Shown here in pieces: positions 40,721 to 54,771 of a stretch of DNA of 64,000 nucleotides. The translations under genes were made by a program, and so were the position numbers. The notes beneath the pieces are model-generated. The model saw nothing but the letters and a program-made list of their open reading frames with translations. It had not been told where the DNA came from and did not search any database. This stretch comes from Epiperipatus broadwayi (lineage: Eukaryota > Animalia > Onychophora): assembly GCA_028023455.1 (NCBI GenBank), contig JAQFVV010000004.1, forward strand, positions 25,296,001 through 25,360,000, written 5' to 3'. Numbering within the stretch: position 1 is the first letter of the stretch; each line of letters starts with the position of its first letter.

Positions 40721-42014
40721 CAACTAATAAATTTTATGATCACATAAAATGCACACTCATCTCCTGATGTTCTATTAGCTTCTGGTAATTTTTCAGTTCC
40801 CACATCTTCATAATTTATTTTAAATAATGTTAAATTCGCATTTTTTGTAACTATCATTAAATGCATGATGTAACATATGCTGTAATAAGAGGAATACAAG
40901 GGTACTTCTCACTCCATTCTGATAATTTAACTTGAAAAAATAAAAATGAAAATACAAATGAAAACTAGTCAATTTTCTTTCCTTCTTTTAATTTTTAATA
41001 TTATCTTCTTGTCTTTTTTTAAATTTCTACACCAACTTTATTTTTTAAAATTTTCTTTTATACACAAAAACTCCTTTTTATACACCTTTTCATGGGGGTA
41101 TTTTTACTGCATTATTTCCACAAGATATTCTACTGTTCAATCAAATTTACAGAATATTCAACACTAACAGAAATCTGACCTTTTTAATTACTTTAACCTT
41201 GACAATTCTAATTGAAAAAACTTTTAAATCACATGTTTGCCTAGATTTGTTACATAATTACAAGAAAGTTATTAACTTAATAAAATAATATATTTATTTT
41301 AAAACATAGTCTTTATTAATTGATATCTTTTTAAATAAAACATTTATTATCTATATTTTGTTAAAAGTTCATTCTTAATATTATTATAATTGTTATTTAA
41401 TACTATAATAAAGTATTATTTCATTTTAAAAATACTTAATACTTTTATTAATTCACAGACTTACTTTACATACATGCACTTATATATTATACACACACAT
41501 GTATGTCAGGAAATAATCTACTTTTAAATAATAATAATTCAATAAAATAAAATTAAACTAGTAAACAAATTTATCAAATCCAAACTCTATTTTCTCTCAA
41601 GGACTATCTAAATAATCAATACTTTATTAAATATTATTTTTAAAGATATTTACTGTCAAATAAATTATAAATAAAACATCAGTTATAACTGGCGAACATC
41701 TATATAAACTTATTTTGTATAACTACTTAAAACAGTAGACCCTAAGCTAATATTTGCTTCAGTTTACACTGTTAAATTAAAATTCTATGTATCTACCAAC
41801 AAACTAAATAGTATTTTTTAAATAACTTAACAAGCATATTTAATTAACTATTTTATTGATAATTGGAATATTTAACTAATACCTATATAACTTAATTAGA
41901 ACAAAGTTAACTGAGAACGAGCTTTGTTTCATTTAAGAAATTTTTTTTAAAATTATTATTATTAGTTATATTTAATCCTTAGGGGACTTAAATATATGGT
42001 TATACAATATAAAA

Positions 42015-42286
42015 ACCATTAAACGTCACATGATTACCATCATATGCTAGCACATAACTGTTATTAAACAGGCAAAACTCTCCATATAGTAGTTCACCCT
42101 GTGCCAACCAGAGTAATCAATGGATGCCAGAAGGCCTGTGCATAAAATCCCCATCTAGTGCCTACTCATCCAATATCCCCAGACTAGTTTCTGGCTTGTG
42201 GCCTTCATATGCACAGGCCTTCTGGAATCTACTGATTACTCTGGTTGGCATAGGGTGGCACTACTGTATGGAGAGTTTTGCCTGTT
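42015..42286 (+). repeat. Head + foldback repeat, copy 2 (hairpin 42067-42286)
   Basis: Same head and arms as copy 1. The loop is in the opposite orientation and about 40 bp is deleted from the right arm. Confidence 0.88.
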
Positions 42287-42380
42287 ACATTATATATATA
42301 TAATGTATGTAGATTATAGACCTGTCAGCTGTTTATTAGTTTTATAATAAAAAATTACCTAGATTATTACAACTCCTCTA

Positions 42381-43566
42381 GAGAAAACATTGGATTTCCA
42401 CCAACCAAGAGAACAAGCTAGATTTAAAAATGGTTTTAGTACAGTAGATCATATCCAGGTATAGAAAGAAGAAATGAATATGAGTCGCCATTATGCTTTG
42501 GATTTGTAGATTATGAAAAGGTATTTCATCCTATAAATATTTCTTCAGCGATTAAAGCATTGGATCATCAAGATATAGATCCAGGATATTGTCATATTTT
42601 AAAGAATATTTATAAAATGCAACAGCAACAATCAGATTACATAATGATACTAGGAAAGTCAACATTGAGAAGGGTGCAAGACAGGGTGATTCCATATTTC
42701 AAAACTTTTTACAGCATTGCTGCAAGAAGTATTTTGTGGATTAAAGTGGGAAGCTAAAGAGTGAAAGTAAATGGAGATTATTTAAGTCATTTAGATTTTG
42801 CAGATGATGCATTTGTTTTTGCAAATAATGCTTTAGAGCTGCAGGAAATGTTGCAGGAGTTATGGGATGAAAGTAGGACTAAAGATAAATGTTAAAAAGA
42901 CTAAAGTAATGTTCAATGGATTTTCTCAAAATATAAAAATAAAGATTGATTATGATGAGTTAGAAGAAATTAACAGCTACAAACATTTTGGTCATTATTA
43001 ATACAGATGGAAACATAATATATGAAATTAATTATAGAATTAAACTTGGTTGGAGTGCTTTTGGTAGAAATAACTTGATATTAAAAGGAAATATGCCTAT
43101 GTATTTGGAAAGGAAGGTTTTTAATAAATGTGCATTATCAGTTCTTACTTATGGATCTGAGATTTGGTTACTTAATAGAAGAGTTTAATACAAAGATTTC
43201 AGATCACTTAAAGAAATATGGAGAGATGCATGTTAGGAGTAACAAGAAGAGATCGAAAATGCAATATATGGGTAAGAGAACAAATAGGTGTTACTGACCT
43301 CATTGAAAAAAATTAAAAGACAAGTGGATTTGGGCTGGACATATTGCTAGAAGAGATGATAATAGATGATCAATTGATATCTTAAACTGGATTCCAAGAG
43401 ATTGTAAAAGACCCAGAAAAGAGACCACATGTGAGATGGATATATGAAATAAGAAAGTATGCAGGGGTGATGTGGAGAAGAGAAGCTAAAGATCAGAGAA
43501 GATGGATTGAACTTGGAGAGACCTTCATCCTGCAGTGGGTTGATAATGGTTGATGATGATTATGAT
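42381..43566 (+). mobile_element. RTE LINE, 5'-truncated degraded copy
   Basis: LDFHQPREQA; GFVDYEK; HLDFADD; IKLGWSAFGRNN; 3' end TGCAGTGGGTTGATAATGGTTGATGATGAT. Confidence 0.93.
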
Positions 43567-46500
43567 ATGCAATAAAAATCCCTTTGTACAAACTAAAGTA
43601 AAATATCTATATATGTAATAGGTATCATATACCTAAAATAATATAAACTATGTAATCACATACTTCATCAGTAAATAGATTATGTTAAAATTATTTATTA
43701 TGTGTGACTATTTTTTTGTGTATCAAAAAATATTCATAATATTTTGATTTTAATATTTAATAATTATAGTTAACATAACTATTTACATACCATTTAACAA
43801 AATAGTTTTGATAAAATATTAAATTTTACTTTGTCACCATAAGCACATTTTATTTTTTTGTAGTTCAGTTTAGTAATTTTAAAACTATGTTTAATATGCT
43901 TTTCCATGTAAGCAGTTATTTATTTTGTCAAATATTATTTGTTAATGTGTGTTTTGATGATTGTACTAGTATGTAATTTTTTAATGCTAATTTTTCTTGT
44001 TTACTAATTAGTGATATTTGTTAAACATTCTTTTTTGATTTGATCATGTGATTCATTAATATTTTTGTCACAGGATTTTGCTTATTTTCTTGCCTCAGGC
44101 ATTTTCAAATTATTAATGTTTAATATGTTGATTTCTAAAAGTATTTGTTGTTGTTTTTTCAATTGATCATAAAAATTTGCATGTTTATTTTTTAATTTTT
44201 GATGGAAAGTATCATTATTTATCTAATGATAAAAACATTTGGAACACTTTATAACAATGCCCACTGATCTTATCTGACTTTGTTTAGAGCTTGGTTGTGT
44301 CAATGGTGGTTTGGGGGCACCGTTAGAAACCAAAATGATAGAGAGCACACGCTAAACTAGTACACAATTGAATATATATGAATATGTGTTTGTTGTTATC
44401 ACACCTAAACACAACATTAAGTTTTAGTAATTATAATGGATGAAAATGGAATAAAAATAACTAAATGTTAATGTAGAAAAATATAATGATTTTAAGTAAA
44501 ATATTTTTTTAAAAATATTTACACCCATAGACAGAAGAGAAGGTTCTAGTTAAAATTATCAAAAATGAAACATATATATGCAAATACATATTTAGCTTCA
44601 AAATATTATTGGAAGATTCAAGACACCCCCCCCCCCCGCCTGCAGTGATTTTTCATTTTTTCATATATTCGTCTATCAGCTATCAGATCACAAATTGTCT
44701 CATACACAATATATAAATATGTATTAAGAATTATTAATTTTTCCCCTAATTTTAAGGCACAATTCCATTGCCTAATTGTGTCTCAGGGGAAATGAATTTT
44801 TTTGTAATACTTCAAACATTAGTTATTTTTCAAATCTATGAAATCATCTATATTTGATCTACTTTGATGTTACTAGAGTCTTGATGTTACTAAAATTTCA
44901 TCAATAAACTAGAGAAGACCTTGGTAATTGTGCGTTGTAAATGTAATTTTATCAAAACCATGAACATTATAACTAATAATTGCATACAGTAAAATAAATT
45001 TCATGAATAAATGAATCTATTCTTTGGGGTGAAATCTTTAAAAAATAAATCCATACAGAAATTAAAATAAATAAATGCTTACCATTTTTCTAGAGACTGC
45101 TTAAATTTTATACAATTTCTCCTCACATAAAATATAATCATATTTTGATGCAAATGGTGATTGATCCTATACCAAAGATATTATAAGTGTTTGTGCTATC
45201 TTGTCTATCTCATACAGTTTTATAAATAATTATTATCGAGGTTTATTTTATTTTATCAGTTATAACTCAAGGCAATAGCAGAAATGTTACCATTACTTTT
45301 AAAATAATATGTATGTAGAAAAAAAAATTATTTTAAAATTATAAAGTAACAATGTTTCTTATATTAAAGAGTCCGCTTCTGCTTTTTATAATCACGTGAT
45401 TTAATCTGCAATTTAATGATCATAAACAAGACAATGAATCAAATCGAACTATGACTAAATCAGCCTCTTTAATTGCAAAAACTTTTTTAATCTTTCCTCA
45501 CAAAATTGCAGACAAAGAAATTTATCAGAATTAAAGCTAATAAGAACAACCTCCAGTTAAATTACCTTTAAAAAACTCTATCACTCTCTAGTCAAGCAGA
45601 TTTAAAAATCTAAGGATAGTTGTAGTCAGCTCTTCGTTTATGACGAGATCTGCAAGCTTGATTATCATAAACTTTTTTCAAAACAAAAAAAAAATCAAAT
45701 GACTTCAAAGAAAAGGAAAATCTATCTGTAATTAATAATGTAGCAAAAATAATTTATGATTAACAAGGGTATTTTAAAAAAAATTTAAATTTCCATTAAA
45801 GACAATTCCGCCTTTAATTTATTTTTTAAAACCATTTCTTTAAAATTATTTTACAAGTAATATTCATTAATTATTGCTTCATTATATCTATTATCAATAT
45901 GGAAAAAAAAATCAGTATTTGAATTTGAGAATAAAATATTATTAGGTTTGCAAGTGGCAGATATAAATTGTAATAATATTTATTTATTTGACAGATAATG
46001 AAGCTAGTTATTTGAAGAAGAAAAAACAATGACACATATATCTACTTTAAAATTAATAAATATACAGCAGCATCTCAGATTATCTGAGTCCATTGCTGCT
46101 TCTTGCATTAATTCAGCCAAAATCATTAAGTTAGCAGAATTTTTCTTTATGTTTTGAAATGAATAGTATCAATTATATAACTTTATTCTTTTGCTTAGTA
46201 ATTTTCATTCTATCATTCATTCCATATATGTTATGAAACTAAAGCAGGGATAATTTTTAATACTTTAATCATAATATCTCTTATTAGTGACAATATTTAT
46301 ACCATTAAAGTAAATATAAATTATATATTTTTTCTATTTAATATATAGATATGGAAGTTTTTTGGTGTAGTGGTTTGTAAGATTTTTTTTTACAAAATAA
46401 AGATTAATGTCACAATGGATACCAATATTTTAAAAATAACTGTAGTTTCCACCTAAGCACAATATTTTATTCAGATAACTAGCCCTCTGTCAATAATTTT

Positions 46501-46715
46501 ATTTACTTAGTTAGTAAAGAATGATTACTCTTAGCAAAAAAAAAGGAAAGAAAGAAAACGACAAATAACTCTTCATCAATTAGAAATTGGTAAATTCATA
46601 TGAATCATTTCAAAATCTTTGCTTCACATTTGCTTCTTTAAAATTGTTAATATGCATTAGCTATATAAATAATTTAAATATCTCACAGCAAAACAAAGCC
46701 CTGCATGGTTCAAAG

Positions 46716-46805
46716 AATCATTAAACATCACATGATCACCATTTCGAAAAAGATGGTAGAGCATCCAACTTGGAATTGGGAAGTCCCAAGATTGATTCTG
46801 GCCTT
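46716..46805 (+). repeat. Isolated foldback-family head followed by a tRNA-derived (SINE-like) segment
   Basis: CATTAAACATCACATGATCACCATTTC, then GATGGTAGAGCA (A-box-like) ... AAGATTGATTCTGG (decayed B box). Confidence 0.4.
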
Positions 46806-48380
46806 CACAGATCTATCATTCAAATATTTTATGAACTCCTGAACAATAAAGCCAGATGCCCTTTTAAATTTTGCAAAACAAACACATTTCTAATTCATTT
46901 CCCCATCATTTCATTCAGCATCTATATATATACACCAAACATGCATTAATGGATTATGAAGATTTTTAAATAGTTTTAATCTTTTTTTTGCTTTCTAGCT
47001 AAAAATCAATAAATATATTTTTACCATCTACTAAAATTGGCTTGGCCAGGTTTCTCTCTCCTCTTCTCCAAATAAAACAGTATTAAGACTGTTTGGAATA
47101 CAAGTTTTATCTAGCAAGTATTTAAATTCTATATCATGTTTTGAACTAACCACTATTTTACAAAATTTTTGAATATACATATTGTAATATTATCTACATA
47201 GAACCTCACATTGGGTCACTAAATATATATAATTTAATTAAAAAAGTGATGTGCATTTCTGTTAGTGATGATGATGATGATCATATTAATCAAGCTCATT
47301 TTGATACATAAAACCTTGACAGTAAAATTAAAATGTTTTTACGTGCATGAATGGTAAAAGCATTATATCCGATTATACACACATACCCAGAGAGAACTAA
47401 CATTTGAATTAGAGCCCTATTCTTGTAAGGACATGAAAACTAACCAGTAAGCCTAAATATGCAATTATGCAATTTATAGATCATTTAAAAATTGAGTCAG
47501 TGAAAATATGAGAGAAAACTCATAAAAACATGAAGTCAAGATTAAATCACAATGCCATTAAATAAATATACAGAAAAAATGTTGAATCAAAAAAAAAAAA
47601 AACTAAGACTATATTTTTAATAGTAAAATATTTAAATGATAATATTAATTGTTAACATGTAACAATAGACAAAGTTTATTAATATATTGTTTGAATGTAC
47701 AGTTATAAATGCAAATATTTAATTCTAATTTCTAATGTGTATTCAAAATACATATTTTAAAATATTATTTAAAATACTCCATGTTAAGAGTATTAAATAT
47801 AAACTATTTACAAATGGAAAATTATTAAAAGTATAATTTAAAATGCATAAATAAATTAGATAATCAGAACTTTAAACTTTTTTTACCTAGGCTTTGGAAA
47901 AAAAAAAAGAATCAGTATTTATAGATATGTTTGATAAAAATTTACCTTGCTTGGGAATTCTCTAGAAATTTATTGCCTTAATTTATAAGTCATTTCTTAT
48001 TTAACATCAAAAAATTTATTTATCTTTCAAATGAAAACATCTCTCGTAAGTTTGATTGACTTTAAATTTATATATGTAATTCCACATAATTTACATAATT
48101 CTAAAACTAATCTATTGAGTTTTGAATGCTAATATTTAGTAACTTTTCTTAAATGTAATAAAATTCCCTGTAGGTTTTCCATATTTTTTGTGTTTGGAAT
48201 AAATTCTCAGTAAACTTTTTGTAACATTTTTTCTATCATTATACTTAGCATGGGATTCCATTTTTTTGGCCACTTACAAAAGATAGAAAATAATAAAAAT
48301 ACATTTTCTAATCAGTTAGCATTATAAGATTGCAGAACACAATGATATTGACAAGACTAGACTTGCTCACTAGTTCTTAC

Positions 48381-48474
48381 TTAGGCCAGAATCTTCTTCT
48401 ACTGCAAAGGTTAATGCTATTGCAACTAACAATATCAATACTACTACTAAAATAATCTTTTCAAACATTGTCAT
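48381..48474 (-). CDS. Candidate first coding exon of a secreted protein or peptide (signal peptide)
   Basis: MTMFEKIILVVVLILLVAIALTFA|VEEDSGL has a basic n-region, a long hydrophobic core and a T-x-A cleavage site. Acceptor TTTCTAG lies 7 nt before the ATG, and there is a phase-1 donor A|GTAAGA. Confidence 0.55.
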
Positions 48475-51400
48475 ATATTCTCTAGAAAATACTAAAAGCA
48501 ACTTTTAAATACAAAAAAATATGACAAAAATGTCTTCTTGTCAACAAAAGTAAATTGGAATCTTTTACTGAGATGCACTCAGAAAATTTGGTTGACAATA
48601 TAATTTATTTTTATATTAATAAATAGATTTCTGTTTCAGAAAATGTTTTTTAAATTAACATTAAGTTCTTTTGAAATAAATAAAAAGCAATTAAAAAATG
48701 TTCATATAATTAATTTTATTGAAAGTAAATATATTTTTAATTTCATGTCATAAAATCTGTTGTAATTATAATTATTATTAATCTATTATTTTGAATATTT
48801 TTTCCTTTTCACAATTAAAAAAATGAGATTAGTTTTTTATTTAATTAAAAAAAAAGATTTTATAAGAGATTATAATCATTTATTTTCTATATGACTATAT
48901 ATATAACAACCAAATGTGCTACAAAATGAGTCTTAATTAATATTATTAAATGATTTTGTAAGCAATAAGACTGAAGCATTTCCTTATATATATATTCAAC
49001 CATTTTGGTTAGACCATGACTAGGCATTGCAGTATGTATATAATAGAAAATTATTATTTTTTAATTTTTATAGGTCATTGATTTTATTGATTGTTGTTCA
49101 TTTTGAAATCACCAAAATTGTGAAATAATACCTCACAATTCATTTTTATTTTATCTTCTACAAAAATAATTAGCAATTAATTTTCTTTTGTCTTTCTTTT
49201 AAAATAATACAACAGTATGAATTGCTTATTAAAGTTAAAATCTCACCATAAAATTAATTATAAATTTAAAATGTGTATTCTGATTTTAATAAAACAATGA
49301 CATTGTTTTTACCTATATATTATAATAGCAATAAGTTTTGATAAAAATTTATGTGTATAAAAGGTATATGTGCATATATTAATTTTTAAATTATAAATAT
49401 TGTAAGGGTAATATTTTCTATTTTAAAAAATATTGCTTTTAAAAATAAATATGATGTAGTTTTTGTTTTAAAAAGGAAGAAATTTAAAAGTTGTTGTTAT
49501 TTTTAAAAATGCTTTTGTTTTGAAAACTTGAAATAAAGTCATATTATCAGAGACACTGACTGGCTTGTGTTTAGATGATCTCAGTTTAAAGTATACTAAT
49601 CACTCTATGAATTTGATAACAAATGAACTTGAGTCCATTGTTGGTTACAATAGCTAACTGGGACATAGTTATTGCATCAATCAAATAATATAAATATGCC
49701 ATGTATTCACTTGGAAATTTATTATTCTTGTTCTTTGCTTTTTGGAAACCACTCCAATAATCACTATGTGTATAATAATAATGTAATATAATATTCATAT
49801 AGGGTTTAAATATAAAATTTTTTAATATAATTGTACTGAATATACTTTTGATATTTTCATATAATATCTTTTCAAAATGCAATATATATATATTAAAATA
49901 TTTTTAAATAAGGTAGCATGATAGAAAGATAAATAAAAGTCTGATGTTCATTCCCAAAGGTGAGATGTAGATCTTTTGAGAAACATTGAAGAAACAATTC
50001 AATTAGCACTTGCTATAGCATTCTGGATTTTTTTTATTTTAAAAAGTTTATTTAAAAAGTATAACATATATACATGTACATCTGGTATACATATGAGTAC
50101 CAATGAACAAAATTAATAATTTGCCAAAGATTTAAAATAATATTAATCAACTATGGAATAAATATTTCTTTTAAAAATGCTGAGAAAAGTTAAACCTACT
50201 ACATGTTTATATAATGCATTTCATACTAACTGATGGAATAATTATAAGTTAAAAACATTGATAAAGTAACCATGAAAGTTAATATCTATATGCATCTGTA
50301 TTCATATGTGTGTGCCAACAAAATAGTAATAATTTATAAGGATATATGACAATAACTTCAAATGTGTTAATCATCATTTGAAAGGAGTAAAATGCATTAA
50401 TATCTCCCAGGATTTATAAATAATTAGTTTAGTAAATAAACTTCAAGTAATCTAATGAAATACACTCTTCTTGTATTGAATTACTATGCTTCAAAATATG
50501 GGATTCTCTAGATGGATTTGTGAACTTCATAAGAGGAACCTAAAAAGCAATATAATTCTTGATGATAAATATTAATCATCATTCACACAGGTTGTTTGGT
50601 TTATTTATTATTTGCAATTATTTGATTTGATAATTACTGTTATTATAAAGTGTTATTTAACATATATTTATGCATGAAAGAAAGTCTAAATGTGCATTTG
50701 TCCAAAAGGAAAAATCTTTATAAACAGTCATAAACTTTTAGTCATAGTATATTTTTCCTAATAACTTTTTGGTTTGGCTTGGTGAATATTCAATAGGCAA
50801 ACTATAACAAGTTAATATTTTCCCCCATATGATTTTGCATATCATCTATTTGAAATTAAGGTATAAATTTTTGTTTTGGTTTGAAAGAATGTTTCTGGCT
50901 ATCATCACTTTGATAGTTCAACAAATACTATATTATATGATATCTTAGTTTAAATTACCATAATATATTCATTAATTTTCTATTGTTCACTTTGTAAATA
51001 AATTATTATTATTATTCATTGCATCCAAAATATGATTCTCATTTATGTTAATAGATAGATGATAGAGCAGCTATAATTTATTGTTTTACTATAAACATAA
51101 ATGCGTAAGATTCATTTAACAAAGTAATGTAAATTTTATCTTTATAATATAACCTAGTAATGATTAAAAGTTAATCTAGTATTTTCATGAAAGCTCATTG
51201 GTATACAAGTTATCAATAAATTCTTGCAATAAAATTTTATAATCACTAAGTTTAATATATTTTTACATTCTTGAATACAATCTGAATTTACCACAGCAAC
51301 TGAAGGGTTATTATGAATGAATACTTATGGGAATGTATTAATAAATTTTAAATATTATTTCAATATAAATTTTGGGATTATTTTATTAATAAATACTGAT

Positions 51401-51917
51401 TAATCTTCACTCATTTCATTATATCATAAGTTTGATTCATTTAATTAATATAGCTTTATTAATTTTAGCTAGTATATCGATTTTATTACATATTTGTTTT
51501 ATACAATTAACATTAATTTAAATCTAAATTTCATTATTTGTGAGGTATATAAAGTAAATATCTTTATGATCAACTTATTCTATTATAATTTATGATAGTT
51601 ATTGCATCAGAATTTCATTACAATAAAAAATTGACTAAATCTTTCTTTCTTTAATTTTATTTTAAATTTAGCTTGTTCAAAGACTTAAGGCATTGATAAG
51701 ATTTACTATTCTTATGTTCTTAAGATTGTATTAGTATAAATTTAATGTTTAGAGTTAGGATATATGAATGGTCTGCTTATTATTCTTGTCTCATTTTATA
51801 CAATTACAGATTTCAGCATATCTATTTCTGGCATTTGAAGAGTCTCTTCCTCTGGTTCATTTTATACAATTACATTTCATTATACATATATGTGATATGA
51901 AGATTTTCACAGATTGC

Positions 51918-53392
51918 ATATATAAAAGACATATTTTGCAGGTTCATCCATGTTAAAAAATTTAAATATTGATATACTGGCATTTCAACTTGATCACACA
52001 AGTCATCCACTGGGTGATAAAAGGTATAAAGACGGTTGCAAAGGCACTACAATCACTGATTTGAAAAATATGTTAAAGTTCCACCAATAGCAAAAATGTT
52101 AAATTAAGAATGTTTTTTAAAAAAATTTTCCAAATACGAGGAAGTTTGCATGTATCATCTCACTTATTGATACAATCTGGCCTTTTAAGTATCTCAATGG
52201 CTTCTCTAATTTTGCACTGGTAGAGATTATCACATCTGGATATGATCCTGGTACTAGAAACATCAATTTTATGACCTGAATCTATAGTATGGAATGAGAG
52301 TGCTGATGATGATGAGTGTTGTTTAACTGCATTCACATGCTCATCTCTCCTACACTGATGCAATGATTACTCATACCTATGTAAGAAGCTTTACAATTTT
52401 CACATGAGATTTGATAAACACCATGAGATTCAAGAGGGATTGAATCCTTAGACTTGGTTATTATATTGCTAATCTTTTGATGAGTAAAAAATGCTGTATC
52501 TATATTATAGCATTTTAATATACATCTGATACTGACTGTAGTTCCTTTTACATATGGAACACAAATCCTAATTGCTGATTTATCATCGTTTGTTTCCTAT
52601 TTTGTCCATTTTGGGCTTGAAATAAGGCCTTTTTTTTAATAAATTTATAATTATAACTATTTGATAAAAAAAAAGCCTTATTTCAAGCCCAAAATGGAAC
52701 AAAATATGAAAGAAAAAGATGATAAATCATCTATTAGGATTTGTGTTCCATATGTAAAAGGAAATACAGGTGGTAGTGGATGTATATTAAAATGCTATAA
52801 TATAGATACAGCATTTTCTACTCATCAAAAGTTCAGCAATATAATAACCAAGCCTAAGGATTTAATCCCTCTTGAATCTCATGGTGTTTATCAAATCTCA
52901 TGTGAAAATTATAAAGTTTTTTACATAGGTATGAGTAATCGTCGCATCACTGTTAGGAGAGATGAGCATGCTAATGCAGTTAAACAACACTCATCATCAT
53001 CAGCACTCTCATTCCATACTATAGATTCAGGTCATAAAATTGATTTTTTTGAGTACCAGGATCATATCCAGATGAGATAATATCTACCAGTGCAAAATTA
53101 GATAAACCATTGAGATACTTAAAATGCCAGATTGTATCAATAAGTGAGATGATGCATGCAAACTTCCTCCTATTTGGAAATAATTTTTTAAAAAACATTC
53201 TTAATTTAACATTTTTGCTATTGGTAGAACTTTAATGTTTTTTTTTCAAATCAGTGATTGTAGTGCCTCTACAACTGTCTTTCTACCTTTTATCACCCAG
53301 TGGATGACTTGTGTGATCAAGTCAAAACGTCGGTATATCAATATTTAAATTTTTTAGCATAGATGAACCGGCAAAATATGTCTTTTATATAT
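51918..53392. mobile_element. Palindromic pair of Penelope-like 3' ends (GIY-YIG plus pLTR)
   Basis: Arms about 51918-52640 and 52663-53392 with a 22-bp spacer. ORF 52661-53080 encodes VPYVKG...GVYQISCE...YIGMSNRRITVRRDEH...SALSFH. Confidence 0.92.
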
Positions 53393-53943
53393 ATTGAATT
53401 AAATGATTCTACAGATTGTTATAATAATTAATAGAAATAAGAAGATAATATCTATTAAATAGAGAGAGAAACTTTAATCTTTGTTGTTACTAGAAATTTG
53501 AATTGAATAAAATCATTTGAATTATGGAATTAATTTAGATGTAATATAATCTAAAGTAAATGTCCAGGTTTCTTTAAAAGAGAATTCTGTCATAAGCTGA
53601 GAGAGTAATAAAAATATACAAGTTTATTCTTAGAAATGAAGCTTTTAATATCTAAATAATTATATTATTATGAAGTGCATAGTCATGAATAGAAGTATTT
53701 TGATTATCAACATAGGAACTTTGTTTGATCATAGAGTAAAGCTAATGTTGTTTGATTCATGATTGGAGTAGTTTAGAAAACATAGCTTATTACAAGGCTA
53801 TAATAAAATGTGTTAATACTATGAGTTTAATAGTAAATGCCTAATTTATAGTAATGACTATAGATTGTATATTTGTTGGAAAATGATTATATTTTGTATT
53901 AGTCAAAATTTATGCAACGTATATAATGTTATAGACTTATTTT

Positions 53944-54771
53944 ATAAATATCCAAAATATAAATAAAACAAACTAACTCCTTTTTAAAACTTGTTTTTAT
54001 ATGACTATTACATGAAAAAAAAAATCCAACGTTTCGACTATTTTATATAGTCTTTTTCAAGGCACACTAAAATAAAATAATATATATAACAAATAACACA
54101 TATTCCATAAAAATAAATAAATAAACAAAAAATTACAAAATATATTCATAACCAAAAATATACCTTATCTTACTCCCCTTTCCTATTACCAACAAACACG
54201 ACTCAAAGAGAAACAATTTCCTTTAGATTAAAACAGCATTTAGTTGATAAAAATTCTGCTGTTTACATTCACATGAATAAATTTAAGCATGGGAATTTTG
54301 ATATAAAGCCTTTGGAATGTATTAAGTCATATAATGAAAGGATGATAAAAGAAAGTGTATACATTAATGAAATAAAACCAGAATTAAATAGGATGTTAAT
54401 AGATAAACAAAAAAGAAAATAATAGGTTTTTAATTAAATGTTTTAAAGGATATATATAGATTTTTTTTTTTTTTTTAATAAAAGGAAATTATTTCTCTTT
54501 GAGTTGTGTTTGTTGGTAATAGGAAAGGGGAGCGAGATAAGGTATATTTTTGGTTATGAATATATTTTGTAATTTTTTGTTTATTTATTTATTTTTATGG
54601 AATATGTGTTATTTGTTATATATATATATTTTATTTTAGTGTGCCTTGAAAAAGACTATATAAAATAGTCGAAACATTGGATTTTTTTTTTTTTTTTCAT
54701 GTAATAGTCATATAAAAACAAGTTTTAAAAAGAAAGAGTTAGTTTGTTTTATTTCTATTTTGGATATTTAT
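53944..54771. mobile_element. PLE-derived element: inverted pLTRs flanking a GIY-YIG C-terminal fragment
   Basis: Arms 53944-54224 and 54481-54771. The spacer reads FRLKQHLVDKNSAVYIH...IKESVYINEIKPELN. 18-bp direct repeat TTATTTTATAAATATCCA at 53937 and 54814. Confidence 0.87.
54026..54062 (-). ncRNA. Minimal hammerhead ribozyme, U3-A8 variant (best-preserved copy)
   Basis: CC-TTGAAAA-AGACTAT-ATAAA-ATAGTC-GAAAC-GTT-GG. The second copy is at 54644-54680 (+). Confidence 0.6.

Noticed and set aside
46080-46170. Second exon for the signal-peptide gene (NSANLMILAELNARSSN)
   Set aside because: Poor acceptor, and the peptide looks more like a decayed LINE endonuclease GDFNA motif.
49586-49882. 98-aa ORF (also 25956-26225, 26656-26847, 40946-41167, 58373-58618, 62062-62292)
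   Set aside because: AT-driven composition or antisense to TE remnants, with no domain motifs.
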